NCBI GenBank assembly: GCA_964519305.1
Contig: CAZFHY010000003.1
Span: forward strand, 1 to 64,000
Source: Candidatus Undinarchaeota archaeon
GTDB taxonomy: Archaea > SpSt-1190 > JASMDC01
Direction of reading: 5' to 3'
Length of the DNA: 64,000 nt
Shown here: piece by piece, positions 9,044 through 19,000 of the stretch
Numbering within the stretch: the first letter of the stretch is position 1
How the letters are laid out: each line of letters starts with the position of its first letter
Translations under genes and position numbers: made by a program
Notes under the pieces: generated by a model
Told to the model about the DNA's origin: nothing
The model's input: the letters and a program-made list of their open reading frames with translations, nothing else
Databases searched by the model: none

Positions 9044-10482
9044 TCAGCCTCTACGCTTGTCGAGAAGGCGTTCAAGGCGGTTCGGTGCAGGATCATCATC
9101 CTTTTCATTCTTTGAAGAGACGCTCTTGAACACCTTGGCCTCACGGTCGAGGACCTCGTTCAGACGCTCGTCGACCGTTCCATATTGTGTGATGCGGGAG
9201 CCTTTGAGCGGTCGCACCTTCTCGAGGATACCACGTTTCAGCAGAGCCTTGATGGCCTTCTTAGCATCGCTCTTCTCCAGATTGCCGTCACGACAGATAG
9301 TGTCCAGTTCTTTCGGTCCCTCGTCGAGCGCTGCGATGATCCGTTGCTGCTCGGGTGTGAGGAGAGTCATCCCACGTTTCTCCTCGATAAGGCCGGCTGC
9401 GAACAGAGCGTTCTGCCAGGTACCATATCGCTCGACATATTCCTCGTACCGGGGAATACCCTTGGCTGAACGCACGTCCCCGACTCCGGGTAAACTTCCG
9501 ATGTCCTTCGAAAGGCGTACCAATCCTTTGACGAACTCATCGTCGGTCGGTAGTGCTTTCCGTGATCTCTTGAGCCCTGCAAGGTGCAGCGCTTTACGCC
9601 AGGAACCGAACCGCAAGCGATAGGTCGCTGGATGGGGGAAGTCCTTCATCCCGATCATGTCCTCGATCCGGGGAGTGCGATCGAGCTTTTCTGCGACCCG
9701 GTGTAGCGCAGCGAGCAGCTCGTCATCAGAGTACCGGGCCCTCTGGGTCGATGCAAGGCCGGCCTTGCGGAGCGACTCCTTCCACGAACCGAAGCGCTTT
9801 TGATAGGTGAGGGGAGGTTCTTGATACCGGCGGCCTCGCTGGACTTCGGTGCCCTTCCAAGGCGTTCCGCCGTTTCCTTCAGGAGCTTGAGGAGATCGTC
9901 GTCGGTGTACCGTCTCCTACCGCGCTTTCCGGGTCGGAGCGCAGCTCGTCTGAGAGCTTCTTTCCATGATCCGAAACGATTGATGAACGTGGCGGGCGAT
10001 GGGCAATCATCCCTTTCCCCGAGCTCGGTCGTGGTCGGAGCGCGACCCAGTTCTTTACCAAAACGCCGAAGGATATCGAGGAGCCCATCATCGGTGTACT
10101 TGGGCTTGCGTCCGCGTCTACCGAGACCGGCCTGCCCGAGCGCTTTGTTCCATGAACCGAAGCGCTTCTGATAGGTCAGTGCGTTCGGGAATCCCTCAAC
10201 GGTCAGCAGCTCGTCCGCCTTGGGCGCCCTGCCCAGGATCGTAGCGGCCCGTTTGAGGTGTGTGAGGAGCTCGTTGTTGTTATACTCCTCACTCTTCTTT
10301 CCTTCCCTCAGAAGTCCGGCCCTCGATAGCGCCTTTTTCCACGAGCCGAAGCGCAACCGATAGGTCGCCGAGTGGGGGAGTCCCTTCTTTCCCTGAAAGT
10401 CCTCCACCTTGGGCGCCCTACCGAGCTGCTCAGCGACGCGACGGAGCGCATCAAGCAGTTCAATCTCGGTATATCGGGGCAT
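9044..10482 (-). pseudogene. Homing-endonuclease-associated-repeat protein (six repeats plus C-terminal winged helix), split by a frameshift near 9808-9814
   Basis: ORFs 9655..10482 and 9044..9658 both carry YxDDELL..L.....LGRAP.......PxxxTYxxRFGSWxxALxxAGL. The fourth repeat continues in another frame as TYQKRFGSWKESLRKAGL. The C-terminus LTPEQQRIIAALDEGPK...LLKRGILEKV is wHTH-like. Confidence 0.8.
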
Positions 10483-10512
10483 TTGCTGGGACGTCCGACA
10501 AAACGAATGGAG

Positions 10513-10519
10513 CTTATAA
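10513..10519 (-). promoter_or_regulatory. TATA box of the repeat-protein gene
   Basis: TTATAAG on the minus strand about 30 nt upstream of ATG 10482. Confidence 0.55.
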
Positions 10520-10629
10520 CGTTATTCATTAGGCGTGCAACAAGCTCAATATCCTCTCTTCTCCGGTCCCAGGACGTTCGACCGGGAGAGCATGGTTTTA
10601 TCTGTCTTTGGAACGAGGGACGGGTGCAG

Positions 10630-12231
10630 ATGGCGACGGGTGAACTGATCGCTGATTCTATGGTATGGTTGGAGTACACTTTTTTCGGTGTAGCGCCTTT
10701 TGCTGCACTGATCGCGTTATTACTTATGCTCATTTTCGCCGTACGAGCCCGGAGAACGCTCGCTATTCATCTCAAGGGGATCGATAAGGTCACATGGGTT
10801 GTACTTGCATTGATCATTGGTCTATCCCTGGCCCTCCGGCTCTCCATCCCTTCCCCCCACCACATAATCTATATCGATGAGCAGTGGGACATGGAAGCCG
10901 CAAAGGGTATTCTGCTTTCAGGGAGTCAGGGGGATTACCGAGAGCCTATCGGCTGGTCGGTCCTCATCTCGCTCGCGTTCGGTATGTTCGGAGTGGACAA
11001 CTGGGTGGCCATCTACACTGCTCTCGTTATTGGTGCGTTCACAGCCCTGCCGGTGTTCCTGCTCACGCGTCTCGTCACCGGGCGCTCGGACACAGCGCTG
11101 GCTGCAGCGCTCTGGCTCGCGTGCGACCCCATCCATATCAGATGGTCGGCGTGCGCGAAGTCAAACGCAGCCTCGCTCTTTTTCATAATCCTCGCGGTCT
11201 ATTTATCTCTCCTCGCCTTCCGTTCCCTGCGGCGCGACCTTCTCCAGCTCGCGCTCGTGGGTGTGGCGTTCGCTGCCCAGCTCCGCCAGGAGAACTACTT
11301 CCTGTTAGCTCTGTTCCTTGCTGGCTGGCTGCTCTATCGAAGGGCCGGCTCATCCGCAAGGAGCTTGGCACTACCGTTCGCCCTGGCGGTCATCCTTTCC
11401 CTACCCAATCTGGTCATCGTCGTCGGAAGCCACGCGTTCACGGACTGGCAGGCCAGCGATACCGGGGGCCAGATGAGCGGGAGCAACTGGAGCCTTGGTA
11501 ACCTCATCGATAACTCACGTGCTTTTGGCCCTTCACTGTTCGATGGCTCACACCAGACACCGCTCCTCTCTCTCCTTGTACTCGCGGGGATCGCTCCGAT
11601 GTTCCGTGAGCGATACCGACATAGCAAGTTCATCGGGATATGGTTCGCTATCCTTTGGATCGTGTACTTCACGTCATGGTTCCAGACCCTCCAGGGCAAG
11701 GAACGGTTCTTCACGAGTTTCGCTCCTGTGCTCTGGATATTTGCCTCAGTCGGCGCTCTGGAGCTCTCCAGGTCCATCTCAGACCGCGTCGGCAGGCAAT
11801 GGGCCTTACATCTCTTCGCCGTCATCGCCCTTGCTGTGGCCACGCTCAACATCCCTTACGCCCGGGCCCACGCGGAGTTCTACTCGGACCCGCATCGCGT
11901 GCTGATGGCCACCATCCCCGAGCGTGCCGAGCGCGAGATACCCGCTGATTGCCTCGTTGTTCTGGAACGGCCTTCGGTCCTGAGCTCGACCACTGGGTTC
12001 GAGGTCATGCCTATAGGGACGTTCCTGACGGACGTTGTGGCCCGGGAGGAGCAGTTCGACCGTGACGCCTGCGTACTCTTCTTCGAGGACGTCTACTGCG
12101 TAGAGTGGGATATCGACGGCTCACTGGAACGGTGCTTCTGGATGAGGAAACGGTTCCAGCTCACGCCCTTCCGTTCCTATGACGGTGGGGGCGTATCGTA
12201 CACATTCTACCGTGTCTATCCCGGGGCGTGA
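10630..12231 (+). CDS. GT-C fold membrane glycosyltransferase (PMT/ArnT-like)
   Basis: Many TM helices; YIDE acidic motif after the early TM helices; KERF motif; C-terminal soluble domain. Start set at ATG 10630, downstream of TTTTATCT (10596-10603); the longer ORF start overlaps the neighbouring gene. Confidence 0.8.
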   Translation: MATGELIADSMVWLEYTFFGVAPFAALIALLLMLIFAVRARRTLAIHLKGIDKVTWVVLALIIGLSLALRLSIPSPHHIIYIDEQWDMEAAKGILLSGSQGDYREPIGWSVLISLAFGMFGVDNWVAIYTALVIGAFTALPVFLLTRLVTGRSDTALAAALWLACDPIHIRWSACAKSNAASLFFIILAVYLSLLAFRSLRRDLLQLALVGVAFAAQLRQENYFLLALFLAGWLLYRRAGSSARSLALPFALAVILSLPNLVIVVGSHAFTDWQASDTGGQMSGSNWSLGNLIDNSRAFGPSLFDGSHQTPLLSLLVLAGIAPMFRERYRHSKFIGIWFAILWIVYFTSWFQTLQGKERFFTSFAPVLWIFASVGALELSRSISDRVGRQWALHLFAVIALAVATLNIPYARAHAEFYSDPHRVLMATIPERAEREIPADCLVVLERPSVLSSTTGFEVMPIGTFLTDVVAREEQFDRDACVLFFEDVYCVEWDIDGSLERCFWMRKRFQLTPFRSYDGGGVSYTFYRVYPGA

Positions 12232-12241
12232 CGCACGGTTC

Positions 12242-15200
12242 CTAGTACCTGACCGTGGAGTTGGAGTACTGGCCGTAATAGGAGCCCATGGGCGCAGCGG
12301 GCTTCGGGGGGCGTCGCCGTGAGAACAGTAGAGCTGCCATGGGGATGAGGACCACCGCGGCCAGGATACCTACGATGAGGACGCCGCTCCATGAGATGCT
12401 CCAGCTTTCGCCTTCCTCGGGTGGTGGTGTGGGTGTTGAGCTCGGACGGTTCCATGCGGCCAGGATTCCGTTCGTATCGAGCCGGGCATGGAGCTTGTCC
12501 ATGTCACGTCCTGCCCGTTCGAGGGCGTACTCAGCATCGGACTGGCGCCCGGCATCTATGTGAGCGCGCACCTCATCGAGCACCTCCCTGATCGCATCCG
12601 CCTCCTCATCAAGAGCGTCGAGTTTCTCCCTGTTGACGGTCTCTGCGTGCCGCGCGCTCTCCAGAGCGCTCACCGCGTCCTTCACCTTCCGGGATATGGT
12701 GGCCACACGCGCCGTGACCACCTGCAAGGGTACGTCGGACGATACCCTGACCGTGAGGTTCGTCGAAGTGACGACATCTCCTTCCATCATCAAGGTCAAG
12801 GGAACTAGGACCTCACCCGTCGTGTCAGCGATATCAACGGTAACGACGACCTGAGATGCGTTCCCCGGAGCAATTGTCAGATTGAGGGGTGTGATGGTCG
12901 TTCCGTTCCGATCTGCGACGAGCGTGCAGTTAGCCCATCCATCCGTCGGATTCCGGACCGTCACGGTGGCACTTGCGGGCCCCGGTGGGCTCGCATCGAT
13001 GGTCGAGTTTGTTGGTAGCTCCAGTACGAGAAGCTTATCGCAGGGGCAGTCCTGTGGACATGTTTGGCAATCTTCACCTGCCCCACATGCACCGTCACCA
13101 CAGACGATCTCGGCACTGCTCACGGTAATGTCCAGGTACGCGGTCACCATCTGGACACCGCCCGTCACATCGATGGCCACTACATGAGTACCACCGGGTG
13201 CATCGTGAGGGATGGAAACGCGACCGAGGACCATGCGTTGGACACCGGCGGGGATGGATAGTCTACTGACGTCGAGGATGACCCATGGGGCAGCAGTTCC
13301 TGCCTTGAGAAGAGTCAGCGCGGCCTTGGCATCGCCTTCACCTTCATTGAGCACCGGAAAGTAGAAGGTGACCATCGATTCAGGATCGCCCGATATCGCG
13401 ATACGTGGTTGGGGGAGGCTGAGAGGGGAGGGTCCAGTGTCCTCCACGTTAACAGTAAGTGGCACCTTCGCCAATACATCACCGGAGCTCTCTTTTGCCA
13501 GGACCACTTCACCCTTCCCGCTCACAGCGCTGTTGGCCTTTAGCGTGAGCATGACGCTGCTCTCCATTCCGGGCTGGACCAGGAGGCGGGAAGGCAATAC
13601 CTCGATAGTGGATGGATGCTTGACCTCCATGACGGCTGCAAAGTAGGCGGACTTGCTGAGGCTCGATATGGTAAGGACCTCGGTCCCTTCACCCTCCTCG
13701 GCCGATAGCGTCACCGCCTCGGGCTCTATGAGGAAGCAGCCCCCACAATCATCCGGGCATAGCTCGCACGTCTCACCCGCATCACACGTCCCATCGCCGC
13801 ACGGGGGTGGTGCGCACCCGTACAGGTCGGCGTCCGCTGCTCCCGTCTGACATCTGAGCGGTGGTGTGCAGGTGCACTCCTCGCTCGTAGAGCAGTCCTC
13901 GCCTATACGCGGGCTGCACGTGCCGTCACCGGCGCATGTCTCAGCACTGCAGTCAGGGCACCCCGCATCGCACTCCCCACGGTCGATGTCACATACCTTG
14001 TTCCCGCAGGCGGGATTGTAGCATCCCATCCAGTCAACACCGGCCTCACCCGACCTGCAGACCAGTCCGCTGGAACAGAGGCAGTCTGCAGATGTCGTGC
14101 AGTTCTCGCCGACGATGGGGCTGCACGCGCCGTCACCGATACACGTCGTTGCGTTACAATCGACAGCGCACCCGGAGAGGCATTCTCCTGCCGTCTTGTT
14201 ACAGACACCGTCCCCACACGATACACGGACGCAGCCGGTCGTGTCCCGCAGGGGATCTGAGATGCTGCAATGCATCCCGCCAGGACAGACGCAGTCACCG
14301 GAGCTCGCACAGCTCTCGCCGATGGCTGTTGAGCAGGAGCCGTCACCGATACAGGTTGCGAGAGAGCAGTCGCTGCACCCGTCCGCACACTCTCCGGCCT
14401 CGCACCGCTGGTTCCCGCAGAAAGGATCGCGACAGGTGAGGTTCCCGTCACACCAGCGTCCCGTCCCGCAATCTTCGTCGTCAAGACAGTCATGCCATAC
14501 TCCTTCCAGACAGTACTCGCGCTCTTCTCCGAGCAGTGTGCTCTCCCCAGACGGGTAGAAACTGCCTGCGTTAAGACATGACCCTTGGAGGCCGCACAGG
14601 CCGGTCCCGTTCCTCTCCTGCGCGCACCATTCAGAGAAGCACGCTCCATGGTGGTCGCATACCGCACCATGGGCGAGTTGAGGGATCCATGCCGTGTCGT
14701 TGCACCAGTGGTCCGCTGCCCGGCCAAAGAGCGGGTAGCAGGTGGCGTTGAAGACGCATTGCGTCGCGCAGCAGTAGCGTCCGTCACCGTCGACGTCGTC
14801 CACGCACTGGTTGCTCTTGCACTCATAGTCCTTGGCGCACTCGGACGCGGTAAAATACCGCCAGGACCCGCTCTCGCAGTACCGGTCCTCGATCTGGCTC
14901 CCCTCGGGCATGCAAGTATCCGCATGGGGGCACCCTGGTGACGCGCAGCAGACGCTCCCCTCGTCCGAAGAGGCGCAAGTGTCACCCTGGCACTGGAAGT
15001 AGTGATGGCACGGGGATCCCTCCTCCCGCTTCGGTTCCCAAGAGCCGGTTACGTTGCAGAATAGTCCGGTGGCCTGACCGAATGTAGGGGAGCATATGCC
15101 ATCGTACACACAGTCGCGAGGACAGCACACACCCTTCCCCGTGACCACGTCCTCAGCACAGAGGCCGGCGGTACATTCCCAGTCCGCGGTGCAGGTAGCG

Positions 15201-16018
15201 CCATCGTGGCGCAGCACTCCCCATTCACCGGCGCAGTACATCCCCTCGAGCTGGGTCCCGTTCCTATAGCATATCCCGCCCGAGACGCACTCGCGGGCGC
15301 AGCAGATGGACGGTCCGCCCTTCACGTCCTCCACACAGGTGGCGTTGGCGCAGGCTGCCGATGTAGTGCATGCGGCACCATCGGCCAGCTGGTCCCACCA
15401 CATGTCATCACAGTACATCGATCCTTCCCGTGTACCGGACGGCACACATCTGTCCTCGAGAGCGCATCCTGAAGCGCAGCAGAGATTGCAGGAACAGTCC
15501 ATCGTCGCGACGCACCGTCGATCAGAGCACATCACAGGGTGAGCGGGATCGCACAGGTCCCCGTCCACCTTACGGGGCTGCCAAAGGGTGTCGTTGCAGT
15601 ACCGGTCCCCGGAGATGTCGACAAGAGAGACGAAATTGGTCCTGTCCCCGTGGACACAGTTGCCCTCCGGAGCACATGTCCCCTGGGCGTTCTCCCAGTC
15701 GAGGGCACAGTTACCGGACGTGCACTGTGTGTCGGTTGTGCAGGGATCACCATCGGGGGCCTTAGCGCATCCGCTGATGCACGCGAGCCCGTTCTCGCAA
15801 CCAGCATCGTCCTTCCGGCACGTTTCGTCCGCGGAACAGAGCCCGTCACCGCAGCATATGGCGCCCTCCACTACGCACATGCCATCACAGCATCGACCTG
15901 GATCGCACGTGTCATGATCCTCGCACGGATCTCCGCCAACAGCTGTCGATATGAGGAGGATAGTAGAGAATAAGCACGCCCACAGGACCGTCATCGGGAC
16001 ATTGCTTATCCTGCTCAC
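12242..16018 (-). CDS. Cys-rich single-pass surface protein (1258 aa): Cys repeats, Ig-like domains, helical bundle, TM helix, Tyr-containing tail
   Basis: Signal MTVLWACLFSTILLISTAVG; CGDGxC and CxxDxxCxSxxC repeats; TM GVLIVGILAAVVLIPMAALLF; tail RRRPPKPAAPMGSYYGQY. Confidence 0.88.
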   Translation of the reverse strand: MSRISNVPMTVLWACLFSTILLISTAVGGDPCEDHDTCDPGRCCDGMCVVEGAICCGDGLCSADETCRKDDAGCENGLACISGCAKAPDGDPCTTDTQCTSGNCALDWENAQGTCAPEGNCVHGDRTNFVSLVDISGDRYCNDTLWQPRKVDGDLCDPAHPVMCSDRRCVATMDCSCNLCCASGCALEDRCVPSGTREGSMYCDDMWWDQLADGAACTTSAACANATCVEDVKGGPSICCARECVSGGICYRNGTQLEGMYCAGEWGVLRHDGATCTADWECTAGLCAEDVVTGKGVCCPRDCVYDGICSPTFGQATGLFCNVTGSWEPKREEGSPCHHYFQCQGDTCASSDEGSVCCASPGCPHADTCMPEGSQIEDRYCESGSWRYFTASECAKDYECKSNQCVDDVDGDGRYCCATQCVFNATCYPLFGRAADHWCNDTAWIPQLAHGAVCDHHGACFSEWCAQERNGTGLCGLQGSCLNAGSFYPSGESTLLGEEREYCLEGVWHDCLDDEDCGTGRWCDGNLTCRDPFCGNQRCEAGECADGCSDCSLATCIGDGSCSTAIGESCASSGDCVCPGGMHCSISDPLRDTTGCVRVSCGDGVCNKTAGECLSGCAVDCNATTCIGDGACSPIVGENCTTSADCLCSSGLVCRSGEAGVDWMGCYNPACGNKVCDIDRGECDAGCPDCSAETCAGDGTCSPRIGEDCSTSEECTCTPPLRCQTGAADADLYGCAPPPCGDGTCDAGETCELCPDDCGGCFLIEPEAVTLSAEEGEGTEVLTISSLSKSAYFAAVMEVKHPSTIEVLPSRLLVQPGMESSVMLTLKANSAVSGKGEVVLAKESSGDVLAKVPLTVNVEDTGPSPLSLPQPRIAISGDPESMVTFYFPVLNEGEGDAKAALTLLKAGTAAPWVILDVSRLSIPAGVQRMVLGRVSIPHDAPGGTHVVAIDVTGGVQMVTAYLDITVSSAEIVCGDGACGAGEDCQTCPQDCPCDKLLVLELPTNSTIDASPPGPASATVTVRNPTDGWANCTLVADRNGTTITPLNLTIAPGNASQVVVTVDIADTTGEVLVPLTLMMEGDVVTSTNLTVRVSSDVPLQVVTARVATISRKVKDAVSALESARHAETVNREKLDALDEEADAIREVLDEVRAHIDAGRQSDAEYALERAGRDMDKLHARLDTNGILAAWNRPSSTPTPPPEEGESWSISWSGVLIVGILAAVVLIPMAALLFSRRRPPKPAAPMGSYYGQYSNSTVRY

Positions 16019-16074
16019 GGTCCCTCTTAAGCATTAAAACAATAAATAGCCTAGCCCGGATCTTTCGAGACCCT

Positions 16075-19000
16075 CTAGGCGTACCGCGTACCGTAGTATG
16101 AGGGTGATTCCTTGCCTGTCACTAGGTCCACAAGCTCATCGGCTAGGGCCTCGGCGGTCTCCTTGGTCCCTGCAAGACAGGTGATGGTGATGCTGACACC
16201 CAGGACGCCACGTTTCCCGTGTACCTTGACCGCAACGGTTTCGCCCGTCGTTCCCTCGCGACCGATGTAGCCCTCGTCAACACGTTCACCGGGCCTCCTA
16301 TGAGCGAACGCTTTTGCGAGCGGAGTGCAGACATGTTTGACGCTCTCGAGCACTGACCGCATCCCACCTTTGACCGAGAGGGAACGAGTGGTCCCGATGA
16401 GCCCTGAAGTGGCCTCCTCGAAAGCCTCCTCGTCCATGGTGAGAGGACTGATCAGGGGCAGGACGCTGGCCACGGACACAGGAGCTGCCCGCTCGGTCGT
16501 GGGTTTGCCCCCGCGGCGGTAGTTGATAATGGCCCCGACCGTCGAGCGTGCGGGTGTGAGAGGGCTGACGTAGAGCATGCTCATATGGTAGCCGTCAGCA
16601 GGGATGGTCCCTACTGCTTCTTGGAGTGAGACGCCCGGAGGTGGTGCGAGTTCGCCGGGGAGCTCGAACTCGATAACCACATCGAGCATAGGAGTATGTC
16701 CCGCGTTACGTGCCGTGGCCGTGAGCGCCGTGTAGCCCGCTTGCCGTGAGATGGAAAGAGCGAGTGTACTAGGACCGCGCTTGAACCGATGCCTGACAGT
16801 GGCACCGATGAGCGAGAGGACCATCAGCACTGCGATCCATGGGACGATCATCTTGATGGTAGAGAGAGCACCGCCTGCCGTGGACGTCCCCCATCCGCCC
16901 CCCCCTCCCGGCGTGATCGACAGTTCCCTGCACTGGGAACCAGGGAGCTTGAGGAAGGTGATACGCGATGCCTTGACGTCATCCTGTGAGACCTTCTTCT
17001 GGACCGAGAAGGAGAGGTCGACCTTACTACCGCTCTTGAGACGGTCGACGCTCCAGAGAACGACGGGATCGTTGACCACCACCCGGACGTCCTGCCTGAA
17101 TGTGACACTGCTAACGGACGCTGCAAGTTCTTTGGGGATGAGCTGGAGGACGCAGAAGTCCTCTTCGTCTTCGGTGCCGGTGTTCTCCACAGAAAGCGTG
17201 ACCACGGTCGCGATCTTTGGCTCACCGGTCCCATCGGCCGTTTGGAGCGCGACCTCCATGACATGGCCCTTTATCACGACGCCCATCCGCTCGCGCACGG
17301 CCTTCGAGGCAGTGACAACCCCGTCGACGATCTTTTCAGCGGTCTCTCCAAGAGATCTCTCGATGTCGAACAGCTCGAGCACCGATGGTATGGCGACCTC
17401 CTCGGGCTCAATCTGAGGAGTGAAGGACGACTTGGACACGGTGTTGACCGCCACATCAATGGCAAGGCGCTCCGTGATTATGCCTTGCACACGCTGGACA
17501 GTCTCCTCCACGCCCGTCACATCCCCTTCGCCCAGACGGCGCCAAGCGCTCTGGAGATGACGCTCCAATCCTGGAGGTGGTGTATTGCTCACGGCCATCT
17601 GGACGAGAAGACGCTCCTGGAACAGGGGAGAGGACACCTTTCGCTCCACATCGAGCAGGTCCTCGCAGGCCTCGTCACACCCGTCAGGTCTTCCTGCACA
17701 GACCGCAGCGCATCCCATCTCTTCGGCGAGGTCATGGATGGCAGCGGCCACTGGATCGGCCGGGACGCTCGATGGAATGGAGGATTGGTCCAGGTCGATA
17801 CCTTCGGTTATGAGCTCACCACCAGTATCGGTCCCCGGGATAATCGTCCCGTTGGGCCCTGTGGCGCTCGCTGTGGGTCCGGGCACGGTGGTTGGCACCA
17901 TCGTCGGGACCATGGACGCAACCATTGTGGGCATTAGGGTGGGCAGGAGCGTGATGCTGCCATCGGGAAGGGACGTGGGTGACGAAGTGGGGACCGTGGT
18001 CGGCATGAGGGTGGGTACTAGGGTCGTGACCATAGTGGGGGCCGGAGCAGTTGAGGGTGTTACCGGGATCTCATTACTTGCAGCTTGTTCGATATCGTCC
18101 GTGAGCGCGTCCACGCTCCCGAGAATACGCTCCATGCGTTGGAAGACGGGGAGCGTCCCTGTTCCGGATTCATCCTCATCAAGTTCTTGGAGCGCATTGC
18201 GTAATCGAGCCAGTAGCTCGGCGACTGTATCTTCGTCGAGAAGACCATCCCGACCCAGAGCTTCCACCCGCTCGATAAGGGCTTCGAGCCGTGCACGGGC
18301 AACGGCGGGGGCGACACGTCCCACTTCCTCAAGGGCAGCGTTAACTCGTCCTTGTTCCAATAATGCACGCGCTCTGCTCAACCTCATGTGGATCTCGGTC
18401 GCCTTTTCAGCTGTGATGAGACCCTTTTCCTCAGCAGTCTGGACGTCCTCGCGAAGGGTCTGGATCCATTCCCGAACCGATGACACCAGGTCCTCTGGAG
18501 AAAGTGTCGGGCCCGTACCGCCCGTGGGCGTTGGTGCCGGTGTGGGAGCAGAGGTGCGCTCAGCCTCGGCCACCTTGGCGAGGATCACTTCGATGGCCTC
18601 GATGGTGGCCGCCTGGCGGGCGATGACCTGTTCCAGATCGGCAGTCCCCGTTACGATATCACCCTCCTCGATGGCACGGAGCGTTTCCATCAGTCGTTCG
18701 AGGAGGTCGGCGAGGACCGCTTTATCGATTCTCCCCTCCCTGCCCAATGCCTCCAGACGCTGGATTAGCGCTTCCACCCGAGCTCGGGCCACGTCACGTG
18801 AGATGGTGTCAGCGATCATGAGCGCCTCGTCCTCGCGACCTGCATCGATCAGGTCGAGCGCCTCTTGGAGGCGATGTCGTAGTCGTTGGGCCACCTCGGT
18901 CGTGATCTCACCAGTACCCTCGGCACGTCCGATCTCCATCCATAGCGCGAGGATCCAGTCCTTTGTGGTCGTGGGCCGAACAGCCGTGGGTTGTACTGTA

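Noticed and set aside
9044-10482. Mobile homing endonuclease
   Set aside because: Only the associated repeats and a wHTH are present; no HNH, GIY-YIG or LAGLIDADG motif and no intron or intein context.
10372-10629. N-terminal extensions given by the ORF track (also 27540-28073, 30579-30746, 60013-60126, 1233-1442)
   Set aside because: They overlap neighbouring genes or promoters; downstream starts fit TATA/RBS spacing and signal peptides better.
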